A DNA stretch of 64,000 nt from Camelus ferus. Its lineage: Eukaryota. Of this stretch, positions 13,492 to 27,099 are shown in pieces. Where the stretch lies: positions 93,188,001 through 93,252,000 of the forward strand of contig NC_045697.1 of the NCBI RefSeq assembly GCF_009834535.1. The letters run 5' to 3'. Position 1 is the stretch's first letter; each line of letters opens with the position of its first letter. Below the pieces are notes generated by a model. It made no database searches, was not told the DNA's origin, and saw only the letters and a list, made by a program, of their open reading frames with translations. The position numbers were made by a program, and so were the translations under genes.

Positions 13492-13957
13492 TATAGTAGT
13501 TTTCTATTGCTGCTGTACCAAATTACGTTCCAAACTTACTGGTTTAAAATAAACCAAGTTTATTACATTATTGTCCTGGAAGTCAGAAGTCCAAAATGAG
13601 TCGTAAGGGGCTAAAGTCAAGATGTTGGAAAGGCTGGTTCCTTCTGGAGGCTACAGGAGAAAAATCTGTTCTTTCCCTCTTCCAGCTTCTAGAGACTGCT
13701 GCCTTCCTTGACTCCTGGCCACATCACTCTAATCTTTGCTTCTGCTGGCACATTGCTTTCTCTTACACTGACCCTGTCGTCTTCCTTTTATAAGGTCACT
13801 TGTGATTACATTTACGACCTGTCAGGAGAATAATCTTCCCATTTCAAGATCCTTAATCACATCTGCAAAGTCCCTCTTGCCATATTAGGTAACATAGTCA
13901 CAGGTTCTGAGGATTAAGACATGGACAACTTTGGAGGACCATTATTTAGCTACCACA
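13492..13957 (-). mobile_element. MaLR solo LTR (MLT1D-like)
   Basis: Strong resemblance over full length (ggctggttccttctggaggct, cacatctgcaaagtccct, ends taccaca); 5-bp TSD ATTGT/ATTAT. Confidence 0.9.
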
Positions 13958-16314
13958 ATTATGTTAGGATATTTGATCCATGGCATAGCTTATTTGTGTA
14001 TTTCCTAGTGACTTGTGGTGTGAAGGATGTTACATAGTTAAATAAAGCAATACTTAAAGCCTGCTCACTCTACTAGAATGATCACTGCTGTGTTCTCACT
14101 TTGGAATGAACTGTGAGAGTAAAATGACATTTGCATTACAGATTCATGTCTTCCTAACCCTGCTAATGATTAATGTTGGAATGTATTTTCAAAACTCATC
14201 CTCTATCTAAATTTTAAGAAAAAAAATAAAACTATACTAGTATACTTACAAGCTTTAGTCAGACCAGATATGCACCACATTTTTTTAGTTTCAAATGTAT
14301 CATAAAAATGGCCAAGGAAATTTAAATGTACAAAATTTTTTGAAGTTTGATATCTACTTTCTGTTCTTTTAAAATCAATACTATTTTATTCTTTGTTTCT
14401 AAAAATATTATTTTAATACCCCATGAACTGGTAAGACAGTTAAGTCTGAAATATCATAGTCAATATGGTAGTCTGTCTCTAAGTCCGCTTTCTCTTAATC
14501 AATATGCAAACTCAGGAAACATGATTAATATGCATGTTGCAATCCCCATGCCATATGAATGATATTAAGCATATAATATTCACTAAATCAGTTTTGGTGG
14601 TCAATTAGAAAATTATCTTAGCTGAGGGAAATTGTTCAGTCTTTTTTCTTCTGGTTGACTGGAGTTGTCCTTGTTGATTCAAATTTTAAAAGAGATCCCA
14701 CTTCAGGAAGTGCATTTTTCTATACAATGATTTTAATTTTCATATTATAACACTCTTTCCCTCTTAGCTAAAATACTTGCTTGTTTAAAAATATAGTACA
14801 TGATTGGAATTGACTTTCTGAGTTACTAATCGATAAGATATATTTTTGTCAATATTGTGGCTTCCACTTGTCTTCATTTATACCACTTTAATTTGTGCTC
14901 AAAATTCATAATGCCATTTCATTCATTCCATTTTAATCAGCAAGTTGTATTATAGATACTTTTCTACCATATGTGATGTTTACAATAAAAATCATTTTAT
15001 TTCCTGATATTTTTGTAGTAAGAAATGGAACAATCTTGGATCCAAATTAGATGTGATGGCATGTTTTTCCCTCCGCAGGCATTAAGATGATGTGAATATC
15101 ACTACATACAGAACAATTCTGTACCACATAGTAATTCAGTGTTAAGTTTAGTTGCAAATTTTCAAATCTAACAATATAATTATTCTCCATCCATTCAGTC
15201 AGACTGAAATAATTAATTATTCTTTTCCCTCTGGACTTGAGTAAGATCAAACAACATAACTATACACAACCTGCTATTTGTAAATTCAGTAGTCACAGTT
15301 TATTCTCTAAGCATTGTGGAGTACCAATTTCAACTTAAAAAGTTATTTTATTATAATTTGCCCCATAGGTAGGCACTTACAGAGATGCTATTAAATAAAT
15401 AACCTCTGTGTCGCCTCTTTTGTGTTATACTTGACTACTGGGTTCTATACCTTATCCTCTGGCTATGACTTTATACCAACTTAGCCATCAGTCCTATAGG
15501 ATCTTTCTCTTTCACTGTATTTGGAAACTCAAAAAGTGGCATATTTTGTGCATTGTAATAGTAATTATTGCTTGTTTTTAAACAAAAAATAAAAATCTAA
15601 AAAGAACAACTCAGTTGTCTATACACAGATAGAAAACTACTATATACTGATAGCCCCTGAGTATATTTTAAATATCAGAAGAAACGTAACAACTTAAATA
15701 TTTCTTAAAAGCACTATGAACCTGACAAAGACACTCAGAATTCAAAGAAGGAAATTCTCTGAAGTGCAGATCTTTATTGGTTAGCTGGGCTTTTTTATCT
15801 ATCTGTTCAATAGACATGGTCATTAAGTATTGTCCACAAGTTAGTGAATAGAAGTCAGAAAGGAGTGACATAATAGTTTCCAAGAGCTACTCAAAAGGAA
15901 CAAAACTGGGAGAAATACAAAGTATTTCTGGCAAAGTAAAGTTCTGGTAAGAAATAGCATTATATGTCCTAAATATATCACCTTAATTATTTTTAATGAA
16001 ACACTATGGATATATTCTAACATTTATATTTTATAGCAATGGTCATCATATCTGTAAAGAAAGTAAATTTAACTTTGTTTGAAATCCTCATGAAAGCAAT
16101 AATTGTTACATTTTATTATGTGACTAATTACAATAAGTCTACAAGTGAAATGTTATATTTCAGTCAGTTATCTTGACTCATTGATGTTTAAATGGACCAT
16201 AAATCTTAATATGGGATGTAAGCAAATCTTTAGAGCAATTGATTCTCAGTGAAATAGTTTCAGGCATTTTTAACTTTACATTTTGCAGCATCTGCTTTTA
16301 AAATTTTGGGAATA

Positions 16315-16681
16315 TTTTATGGACTGAATTGTGCTCTTCCCCACCCAAATTTGTATGTTGAAGCCCTAACTCCCAGTGGTACTGCATTTGGAGATTGGAT
16401 CTTTAGGGAGCTAATTAAGGTTAAATAAGGTCATAGGGTGGGGTCTTAACCCTATACAATTGGTGTCTTTATAAGAAGAGGAAGAGATACCAAATATCTT
16501 TCTCTCCAAGCATGCACAGAGAAAAGGCCACATGAGGACAGAGTAAGAAGGCAGCCATCTATAGGGCAGACTAAATCACCCGGATTTTGAACTTTTAGCC
16601 TCCAGAACTTTGAGAAATAAATTTATGTTGTTTAAGCCATACAGCAGGTAGCACTTTGTTATGGTCAAGGAGGCTAATACA
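16315..16681 (+). mobile_element. MaLR solo LTR (MLT1A-like)
   Basis: ttatggactgaattgtg...gcctccagaactttgagaaataaatt...ctaataca; perfect 5-bp TSD GAATA (16310-16314 / 16682-16686). Confidence 0.92.
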
Positions 16682-16704
16682 GAATATATACTATTAAAGA
16701 TAAT

Positions 16705-17712
16705 AATTATATAAACAGCTTATACAACTTAGTAACAAGAACAACAACAACAAAAAAAAAAAACCCAGTAAAAATGGGCAGAAGACCTAAACAAGCAATT
16801 CTCCAATGAAGACATACAAATGGCCAATAAGCACACAAAAAAATGCTCAGTATCACTAATTATCAGAGAAATGCAAATTAAAACTATGATGAGATATCAT
16901 TTCACACCAGTCAGTCCACAAATGATAACTCGGGAAAGGGTGTGGAGAAAAGGGAACCCTCCTACACTGTTGGTGGGAATGTGGTTTGGTGCAGTCATTA
17001 TGGAAAACAGTATGGAGATTCCTCAAAAGACTAAAAATAGATTTACCATATGATCCAGCAATCCCACTCCTGGGCATATATCCAGAGGGAACCTTAATTC
17101 AAAAATATACATGCACCCCAATGTTCATAGCAGCACTATTTACAGTAGTCAAGAAATGGAAACAACGTAAATGTCCATTGACAGATGAATGGATAAAGAA
17201 GTTGTGGTATATTTATACAATGGAATACTACTTAGCCGTAAAAAGAATAAAATAATGCCATTTGCAGCAACATGGATGGACCTGGAGACTGTCATTCTAA
17301 GTGAAGTAAGCCAGAAAGAGAAAGAAAAATATCATATGATATCCCCTATATATGGAAGCTGGGGAAAAAAAAAAAAAAAAAAAAAGACAAACCTACTTAC
17401 AAATCAGAAACAGAATCACAGACACAGAAAACAAACTTATAATTACCCAGTCAGGGAAGGGCCTGGAAAGGGATAAATTGGGAGTTTGAGATTTGCAGAT
17501 ACCAGCTAATATATATAAAATAAATAAACAACAAGTTTATACTATATAGCACAGGAAACTACATTAAATATTTTGTAGTAACTTATGGTGAAAAAGACTA
17601 TGAAAACAAATACAGGTATGTTCATGTATGACTGAAGCATTATGCTGTACACCAGAAATTGACAAAACATTGTAAACTGACTATACTTCAATAGAAATAT
17701 ATATTTGAAAAA
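16705..17712 (+). mobile_element. Relatively young 5'-truncated L1 (ORF2 C-terminus plus 3'UTR), cetartiodactyl, probably camelid-type
   Basis: ORFs 16820 and 16986 give the L1 ORF2 C-terminus ([52 protein letters not shown]); 3'UTR ends tgtaaactgactatacttcaat. Confidence 0.95.
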
Positions 17713-18974
17713 GTTTACTGCGAGATCTAGTAGACAAAAGTCTTACAGTTACACGAACTCGGCTGTAAAGGACTGTAATAATCTTTATTTCTCTGTAATT
17801 TACATTATTGTAGTAAATGCTCCCATTTTCATATCTTAAATTATAAATTAGCCAATTTTAGGTAGAGCCAGTTGTTTCAAGTTCTTAATGTGTTCACTTA
17901 GCTTGTCTTAATTCTTCCACAGCTGCCACAGAATTTTTGGAGTGGGAGCAGTCTATAATATAACATTAAGTCAGAGTCCTGTGGTCTGAAGATATTATCT
18001 CCAACAATGGGAAAAAAATTATCCTATATTTTCCTTTATTATTGCTCTAAGTTTTCACTAGCTTTCTGACATGTCAGTGGCTCTAAAACAGGATGGCCTA
18101 TGGAAAATTTGGATTCTCCATTTGGAAGTAGAGGAAACCTCATGGTATACGGGGTAAAGGTTTTGAAAGCAGACGACCTTAAAACTCTTTGGTTACATCC
18201 CCTTTGCCACCATTTCTGTGCAATGCTAGCATGGAAAATCTCTCTCAAAACTTAACATGTACACAGTATTTATATAGATACTGAAGCATGTTTTATTTTC
18301 AGTTCCTCCAAACCAATCTGGAGTTTCTAAATTCAACTCTCTCCTCTCAGGACTCAGCTCAGGATAGAGGGAATCAGAACATTTATTTATGTTCTGACTA
18401 AGCTTCTAAACATATCTCTCTTTTTCTAATAATGCTTCTAATCACTCCTCGAAAACAACTTGTTATAGTTTGGGTAATTTGGTTCTTTACTTATAGTATT
18501 CCTTATTCATAAGAAAATAAACCTTTAAGATCTATTTTTTGAAACTGAACAGCCCAAGTTCTTACATCTCACACAGAACTTTTCCTATCAAGTTAGTTAC
18601 CTAAATCCAATTTTCTTTTACTTCAAAATTCAATCAATTTATCTTATTAATAATCTTTTTTCCTTTCACTTTGATTTCTCTTTCACCCACTTGCCCTTGG
18701 CAGAAGAAACAGAAAACATCCTTGACGATGAACGAACAAGACAAAAACTTTAGATAATCATTTTTAATTTTTTGTGTATGGCAGAGGTGTGGATTTGGGT
18801 TAAAATCTCAGAATTGTACTATGTTTATTTTGTCTATATAATTATAATCATGTGTGAGTTTTTGTTTTGCAGCATACACATATAGTATAATTTGAAGAAT
18901 GTCTAAAATAATTGTATTGGGAGGAATTAGGGTAAGTGTTTACCAAGAAAAGCTATGATTTGACTTTAAAAGTG

Positions 18975-19116
18975 TAATTTATTGAGCATCTATTATGTAC
19001 AAGGACAATTACATAAACTTATGAAATCCTTGCAAGTTAAGCACTGTGATCTACATTTTATAGAAAGGGAAACAATAGCTTAGAGGAGTAAAATGACTTA
19101 CAGTCATACAGATAAG
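18975..19116 (-). mobile_element. MIR SINE
   Basis: atttattgagcatctattatgt...attttatagaaagggaaac...gagtaaaatgactt matches reverse MIR. Confidence 0.65.
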
Positions 19117-19634
19117 GTTTAAAGACAAAACCATTCTCTTTTCATTCTTTATTTCTTTCAACTCTTCCAATATCCTAAAATATAGTTATTTTACTGTTTT
19201 CTGCATGCTATCTTAATAACTCCTCCTATATATTTTGAGGTAGAAACTGCTTCAAATTTTAAATGCATGTTTATAAAGTTAAAGTTACATCCCTACCATG
19301 GACCATTTATTAAATGGCAGGACCGTTTGACTGAAAATTTGACTCTTTCCTCTACAGCACAATGGATCCTCTCATCAATCTCATGTAGATTTAAGCCCAA
19401 GGAGTAATCTCATTGACAGATTTGTTTAGTAATTTAGCATTAAAAATAGTCAAAGCCTGAAGAAAATGCATTTTATAAGGCAATTATAAAAATATTGTTC
19501 ATACTAAATTTGAAAAATATATATATTTTCATACTCTTCAAAAGATGACAAAAAACAAAAGAACTGCTTTTAACTTTGCATGTTCAGGAAAGTTGAATAA
19601 TACCAAAGAAATGGAAGAAATTGTGTATAAGCTT

Positions 19635-19955
19635 ATAAATTCAAATTTTTAAATTGATGTCCTAATCCCCAGTAACTCAGTTGTGACTTATCTGGAGACA
19701 GGTTCTTTAAGAAGTGATTAAATTAAATGAGGTTATTAGAGTGGGCATTAATCCAACATGACTGGTATCACCATAGGAAGAGGAGATTAAGACACAGATA
19801 TATGCACAGAGGTAAGACCATGTGAAGACACAGAGATAAGACAGCCATCATCAAGCCAAGGACAGAAGCCTCCAGAACTGTGAGAAGATACTTTTTTGTT
19901 GTTTTAGCCATCTTTATTTCATACTTTGTTATGGTATCTCTAACAAACTAACACA
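19635..19955 (+). mobile_element. MaLR LTR (MLT1B-like) with internal deletion
   Basis: ttaaatgaggttattagagtggg...ccatgtgaagacacagag...tccagaactgtgaga...aaactaacaca. Confidence 0.85.
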
Positions 19956-20134
19956 ACTACTTTAAAATTTTTCTCAGCTTAATTTAATTCTAATCCTTTA
20001 TGTACCAAAACAAAATATCCAAATTTAAAAAGCACTAGTGTTGTATTTACTCTTGATAAATGACTGACTACATTTTCCAAGCCAAAATAAATTATCTTGA
20101 AATAGACCAGGCCAATGTATGATTTGTTTATCAG

Positions 20135-20260
20135 CTCACCTCGGTCACCCAAAGAATCTTATTTCCCATCCAAGGCACAGTGAATCGGAATCTGGATTTT
20201 TAAAAGATCTCCAGAGTGATTCACTTTCACATTCTAGTTTGGGAAGCCTCGCTTTAGGCT
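20135..20260. mobile_element. MER5B-like hAT remnant
   Basis: tgaatcggaatctgg...ctccagagtgattc...agtttgggaagcctcgct. Confidence 0.45.
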
Positions 20261-21378
20261 TGGCTAATATTGACATTCATAGTCCCACAGATTATGAAAC
20301 ACCAAAATCTAGTTGAATTGTTATAAATATATTTAGTCTATATTTATAATTAATATTATATGTTACCAGTATCAAGAATTTAGGGGGATTTTTTGTGATT
20401 ACATCTGCATGATACTGCAGTGGAGATCATGAGAACATAGGATCTGCAAACTGTAGAGCTTATTCCACAAGGAATCTGCATGATCACATGACCGTGCGTG
20501 AACTAAGGCTGGGTGGTCAATATAACTATTAGCCAAGCAGAGATTCTTGAAAAAGTGAAAGTAGAATTGTTCAGCACCTGAAAGGAGACTATGACAGCAA
20601 GTGAAAACTGTAATTGTCTGGCGAATCAGAGCCTGTGGACATTGTAACTATGGCCATTGTGAAACAAGTAGGTACCTTCAGATAGATGTGGGCAGAGGGT
20701 GTGTTGTTCAGGAAGGGGATATGAGAAGTTCGAGAGGACTTCTTATTCATATAACTTCATATGGACAAGTTGTTACTCCCTGGTCTTGTGCCTGTTTTTT
20801 TAATGTCTAACTTGGCAATAATGAGTCTATGACTTATGTGAGATTTTTCTGCTGTGTCATGGCTACTTTGAAGTACTTCTGTCCTACCCAAAACTCATCA
20901 TAAAGGTGGATGGATAGTCACAAATAGCAGATATACTAGTTTTGTATAAATTAATGGAGAATGCTATGGTCTTAAAAATAGATTTCTTGGGAAATAAATG
21001 TCTTCATGTTCCTATGTGAAGATCAATAGTCCTTTTTCTGTCATTACAAATGGATAGGTTAAACTACTAATAATTAAACTATGTTAGGAAATCAGAATGG
21101 TTGACTGCTCATGAATATGAGAAACAATAAAGTACTGATGACATCAATAGTAATAGAGAGGAAGGTGTCTACTTTTATAGTGTGTGGTTATCTCTGGAAC
21201 AATTAGCCCTGTCGACATGGCTTTGGGATATAACTGTTAGTTGCCTACTGAACATCCATTTTTTTTCCCATTTCCTTATTAAACCAATTCCAGTTTCATT
21301 TAGGTTGACACTGTACCCAAACAAAAACAAAGCAATCAAACAAACTAAAATACATTTCTCAGCCTCCTTTGTAATTCT

Positions 21379-21383
<5 letters not shown>

Positions 21384-21423
<40 letters not shown>
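21384..21423. repeat. (CA)n microsatellite
   Basis: Perfect run of about 20 units. Confidence 0.97.
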
Positions 21424-21424
<1 letters not shown>

Positions 21425-21429
21425 TTGGT

Positions 21430-21930
21430 CCAAGAAACATCTGAAACAGTTACTAGGAGAAGCTGCTATGAATTTTATAAAGGGAGTCACTCAGCTGGCA
21501 TATGCCTTTTCTCTTCCTCCTATCCTCTTCCTTTCTAACTAGAATTCAGACATAGTTATAACTAATGGAATGTGGGCAGAGGTGAGCACATCACTTCTAT
21601 GTCTGAAGCTGGAGGTGACAGCTCCAAGACAATGAAGGATCCTGTGTGTCTAGGTCACCCCTTGAATGAAAACTATTCTATGAAACCTATATTGTACTTT
21701 TAATAAACAAAACATTTATTTGTACCATGTTTCAGCCAAGATATATTTTTGATAGTTTACACAGTAGCCAGTGAAACTTGAGGAAATGTGCTAAGAATGG
21801 GGCAACAGAAAGAGGAGCTTTTATCCCTCATGAATTGTAAAGCCATCACACCTTCAAACAAAAAACCCCAAACCCAAAAAACATAGCCTTCTACATTCAA
21901 ATAACTTTTTCTGCTCTATGTAGCTCATAG
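21430..21930. mobile_element. Old MaLR (MLT1H-K-like) fragments
   Basis: ctaatggaatgtgggcagaggtga...acttct and ctaagaatggggcaacagaaaga resemble old MLT1 LTRs. Confidence 0.4.
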
Positions 21931-24429
21931 ACAAATAGAATTTCTATTTTTATAAAGTCTACACACTCAAAAGAAAGCAAAAAGTTAGCTTATAACCATT
22001 AGTTTCTTTCTATGTATACATCATGGTCTTCACTGATAATAGAAAACTGAAGCAGCTACACCTCTATATATGAATTGACATCACTGCAAAGTCATTAAAA
22101 TTCCAGTTATTTGGATGTATTTCTCTGAGGAAGGAAAATTTAGTGCATATATACTTGACATAATTCTGCATTTTCCCGTTTTCTTATTTATTTCCATGCT
22201 CTACATTAATTTGAAGGGTTGGAAACAAGGCAGTCCCAATAAAATTTAAATGAATATTTTCATGCATCTGGCAATATTTCTTCTTTTTTAAAAAAATAGA
22301 CAATCCTAGGTCAGAAGCAGTAAAAGGAAGGGCACTTTTGCCCACATGTGGCAGTGATGTTTCAGTGTACCATTATCTAGCTTCCTCTCTCCACCTGACT
22401 TATATGAGAAACCTGATTTATTTGATCAAGAAGTACAATGTTTGGGTAACTATTTATTTGTTTTTCTGTGTGTTAGTTTTGGGGGTGATGACTTTGAAAC
22501 AACCCAAAATGCAAATATCTCTTAGCTTCCTCTCTACCCATAATCTTTTCTTGCATACAGAAGTGAGTTATTGGAGTGTTAAAAATGCTGCCGATGGATA
22601 TCTCAATAAAATTAAAACTAACATAAAAGTAGACCAAGTGTTAAAAGGAATATTGACTTTCTCCTTATTGCACATTTAACAATATAAAAGATAGTAAAAT
22701 ATAATTTTATGTTAGATAATAGTAAGAATGTGTTCTACAACACTGTGTATTTATGACATGCTTTCCAGTCCTCTGCTTAACGTCTGCATATGAGAACTAA
22801 TGATGCATTTTCTTCGTTATTTGCGTATTTCTTAGTGAAAGTGACATTTATTCATCATTGAAGTATTAGCAATTTTCTTTTGTCAAATTTTTACTTGTAA
22901 CCAAGCACATATACACACATAATGCATTGTGATCACTAAATAAAAAGCTGAGATGAAATCAGGGTCTAGAAATGGTCACGTATGTTAATAAAGGCTATGT
23001 TTAGATGTACAGATAAAGGTCACACTGATGAGGTTATCCACAGCTTTAAAGAAGGATATAGCTTATTATGATTTTATTTAAACTTTTTTAAGACTTAACT
23101 TCTGATAATTCATATTTTATATGTGGTTTTCTTTTAGATATGACTTTGAGGTATTTTCTTCATGGTTGAAGGGGAAAATCATACTTTTCCATAATTTCTT
23201 GATTGTTTCATTTTTCTCCAGTTAAACTGCATCATATATATGAAGCATTATTATTGCAGTGAAACACATTTTCAACATTTAATATGGAAAAATATTCTTA
23301 GTTAAATATCAGTTAGCTCTTCCTAGAAATTATTGATCTCTCTTTTAACCTTGTCAAAGCAATTTGGGCTTGGGATGAGGAAATAGGCTTATAAAACAGA
23401 GATGTTGATAGCACCATAAAGTCTATATAGCACATATTCTCAAATTAGAAGTGTGTTTTAAGAATGATTGCCCTAGGCTTATAATAAATACGATTAGTGA
23501 TACCATTATAAAGGAAAAAACTAATCTTTTATTTTATATGTGTGCAATTTGGTTCTATTACTCACACTACTTGCTATATATCTTGTGTCATAATCCAAAT
23601 AGCTTTAGTTTTAAGCAATTGAAAATATTAGCATTTTATATATTGTTTTCCTGTTTGTCAATTTTGTTTTAGTAATAGGCTATATTTCTTAAGAGTGAGG
23701 CCCAGTTTTAAATTAAATACACACATAAACATTTTTCTTTCGATAGCTAGCCAAGTGACTTTAATATGAGACCATGCTTTAGAAATAGCTCATTACCCAG
23801 TGACTTCTCAGCAGCTTCTAGAAATCGCTGTCAGGCAGTTTAATACTCCTGGAGTATCAATGTCTGGCGCTTCCTTAAGTATTGGTTAAAGAATTCCTGA
23901 CATATTAAGTTTAAACCATGTGCTTTCTCCCCTTTATTACACAAATTCAGAATCTATTTTTAAGAAATTTCTTAAAATTAATTTTTCTCAAAATGTGATT
24001 ATTAACTTACACTTGATTAAAGCTGTGAATAAGGTGAAAGATAATTCCTTTTGACTCTGAAACTAAATTTAGAGACTGTATAAATTGAAAGTCGCTTTAG
24101 AGTTGATAACCTGTATGCCCGTAAGAAATTTACTAACTAGACTACCATGTTTACATACAATTCTTTTCTCTTTAACATTAGAGTTTCCAATTAAAAAAAA
24201 AAAATACTGTTTGCTAAAGTACTTAAGTCAGCTCTTTTATGTCATCTTTCTAGGAGAGCTTGAATTCTCTGTCTATAAATCTATCTGTATCTGTCATCTA
24301 TCAATCATCTATCTATTCATCCATCTATCATCATCCATCATCTTTTTATCATATAGATAAACTCATCTGCTACAGTCTGCATTTGATCCTTTTGAGACTG
24401 CATTTATATACTTGAGCATGTGTGTGTGT

Positions 24430-26790
24430 GTGTCTATTTATGAAAGATATTGGTCTACAGTTTTGTCCTTGAAATATTTGTGTCTGTTTTTAGTATTAGT
24501 GTAATGCTGGCATCATAGAATGTGTTGGGATGTGTTCTACTTTTGTCTATTTTCTGAAACAGATTTTGAAGGATTCATATTCTCTCCTTAAGAATGTATT
24601 AGAATTTATTAGTGAAAATTTCTGGCCCTCGTGTTTTCTTTTTTGGAAAGTTTGGTAGTTTGGGTCTTTCAAGGAATTGATACATTTCATCTAGGTGCCA
24701 AATATATTGCCATAGGTTTTTCTTTATATATAAGTAACTTATTAACAGTATTGATGTTCTTTCACTCCATATTGACAATTTTTTATTCTGTTTCTTTCTT
24801 GGTCAGCATCACTAGAGATTTATCAATTATACTGATATTTTCAAAAACGCTGTCTTTTGCTTTTTGTTTTTTTCTAATTTTATTGATTTTACTCTAATTT
24901 TTTATTATCATTTCCTTTTTCAACTTGTTTTGTATTTCTTTGCTTTCCTTTCTCTATTTTCTTATGGTGGACATTTACATTACTTGATTTTAGACCTTGC
25001 TTTTCTAATGCGAGCCTTTAAAGATATAAATTTCCATCTAAGCACTGCTTTAGCTACAAGTACATATTAATATATTTCATTTTCACTTTCATTCATTTGA
25101 AAACATGTTTAACTTATCTTGGACTTTAACACAAAGGTTACATACAAGTGTGTAATTTTTTAAAAAATTATATGGAGATTTTGTAGGGTTTGTTTGTTTC
25201 TTTCTTTCTTTCTTTCACCCATTTCTCCCATTCCTCGCCCTCCCCACACCTCTGGCAATCACAAATTTGTTCTCTGTATCTATAAGCTTGGCTTTTGTTT
25301 TCTTGGGTTTGCTTTGTTTTTCTAGAGTCCACATATAAGAGAGATCATATTGTATTTTTCGTTCTCTAAGTTATTTCACCTAGCATAATGTCTTTGAGGT
25401 TTATCTATGTTGATGTAAATGGCAAGATTTTATTATTTTTTATGGCTGAACAATATTCCACTGTGTGTGTATATATATATATATACACACACACACATAC
25501 ATACACACATCACATTTCATTTATCCATTCATCCATCAGTGAACACTTAGGTTGTTTCCATATCTTGGCTATTGTAAGTAAAGTTGCAATGAACAAGGGG
25601 GTGCATATATCTTTTAGAATTAGAGATATCTTCTAGTGTTTTCCAGATTTCTTTGGTTTTGATCTCTAGTATAACTCTTCTATCATTCAAGGGCATACTT
25701 CATATAATTTTATTTTTTTATTTGTTAAGAGTTATTTTATGGTATAAGATATGATCTACTATGGTTATTGTTCCTTGTAGATTTGAGAAGAATATGTATT
25801 CTGCTGTTGGATGAAGTGTTTTACATATACTAATTGGACCAAGTTGTCTGATAGTGCTGTTCAATTCATTTATACCATCAGTGATATTCTACCTACTTAT
25901 CCTATCAACTACTGAGAGAAAATTATTGAAATTTCCAACTACAGTTCTGGAATTTTCTTTTCTTTTCTCCAAATGTGCCTATCTTTCTTGTCCTAGAGTA
26001 TTTTGAAACTATGGTGCTGGGGGAATGAACATTTGCAATCATAATAACTTCTTGTAGAATTGACCATATATTACTATTTAATTTCTTTCTTAACTATTTT
26101 CCTTACAGTTAGTGTTTGTATGTTACATACTTCGCCATTCCTTTACTTTTAATCTATCTATGCTTACATTTAAAAGGAGATGCTTGCAGTCAGCATTAGG
26201 TTAGATTGCTTTTCTTTTTTTTTAACCCAATTTGGCAGTCTGTGTCTTCATTCACCTAGTAAGTTTAGATCATTTCCATTTAAAATGATTATTTCTATAT
26301 TTGTATTAAAATCTATCACCTACCTTGCTGTTTTATGCTTCCTCTATTTTTTATTTCATTTTTTTCTTTCTCTGAATTCAATTGTACATTTTTATAATTC
26401 TATTTTATCTCCTCTATTGCTTATTGTATAGTGGCTTTCCTAGACTTTACAAAGTCCATTTTAAATAATATACCTGCCTTCAAGAAATATTTAACTGTTT
26501 CATATGTAGTGTATGCTGTATTCCTCCCTCCCATCCTTATATTCTTTATCATTCATTTCACCTTTATTCATGCTTTAAATAGTAATTAAGTGTAAAAGAG
26601 TAACTAAGAATAAAAATACAATGGTTAAGGTACTATAAATTTATTCCATTTCTGATGTTCTTTATTTTTTTGTGTGTAGAATCAAGTCTCTGAATATATA
26701 AATTTTCTTCTACAGAAAGAACTTTATTTAACATTCCTTGCAGAGTAGATCTGCTAAACATTAATTTCTTCAATTTTTATATGTCCTAGA
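24430..26790 (-). mobile_element. Old L1M ORF2/ORF1 region, antisense
   Basis: tgaaagatattggtctacagttt, ataaatttccatctaagcactgctttagct and ttgagaagaatatgtattctgctgttgg are typical antisense L1 ORF2. Confidence 0.85.
25185..25625 (-). mobile_element. Younger L1 3' end (L1MA-like) nested in the older L1
   Basis: ctctggcaatcacaaatttgttctctgtatc...tatccattcatccatcagtgaacacttaggttgtttccatatcttggctattgt. Confidence 0.85.
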
Positions 26791-26814
26791 ATGCCATCAT
26801 TTCTTTTTCACAAA

Positions 26815-27095
26815 ACGTTTTATTAAGTTATAATTCAATACCATTCACTTACTCTTTTAAAGTGTACAAAAATGATTTTCATTATATCCACATAGTTATA
26901 CAACCATCATGTTAGTTTACTTTTAGAACATTTTTGTCACCCCAGAATGAAACTCCATGTCCATTAACAGTCATTCCCTATTCCCCAACTTCTCAAGCCC
27001 TAGGCAAACACTAATCTACTTTCAGTCTCTATTAATTTTCCTATTCTGAATATTTCATACAAACAGACTCATACATTATGTGTTTTTTGTAACTG
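26815..27095 (-). mobile_element. L1MB-like 3' end
   Basis: ttttaaagtgtaca...tagaacatttttgtcacccca...agccctaggcaaacactaatctactttc. Confidence 0.85.
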
Positions 27096-27099
27096 TACT

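Noticed and set aside
16820..17476. ORFs with real protein similarity
   Set aside because: Frameshifted L1 ORF2 C-terminal fragments, not a host gene
21175..21538. ORFs with HTHT/CVCV repeats
   Set aside because: Artefact of the (CA)n microsatellite
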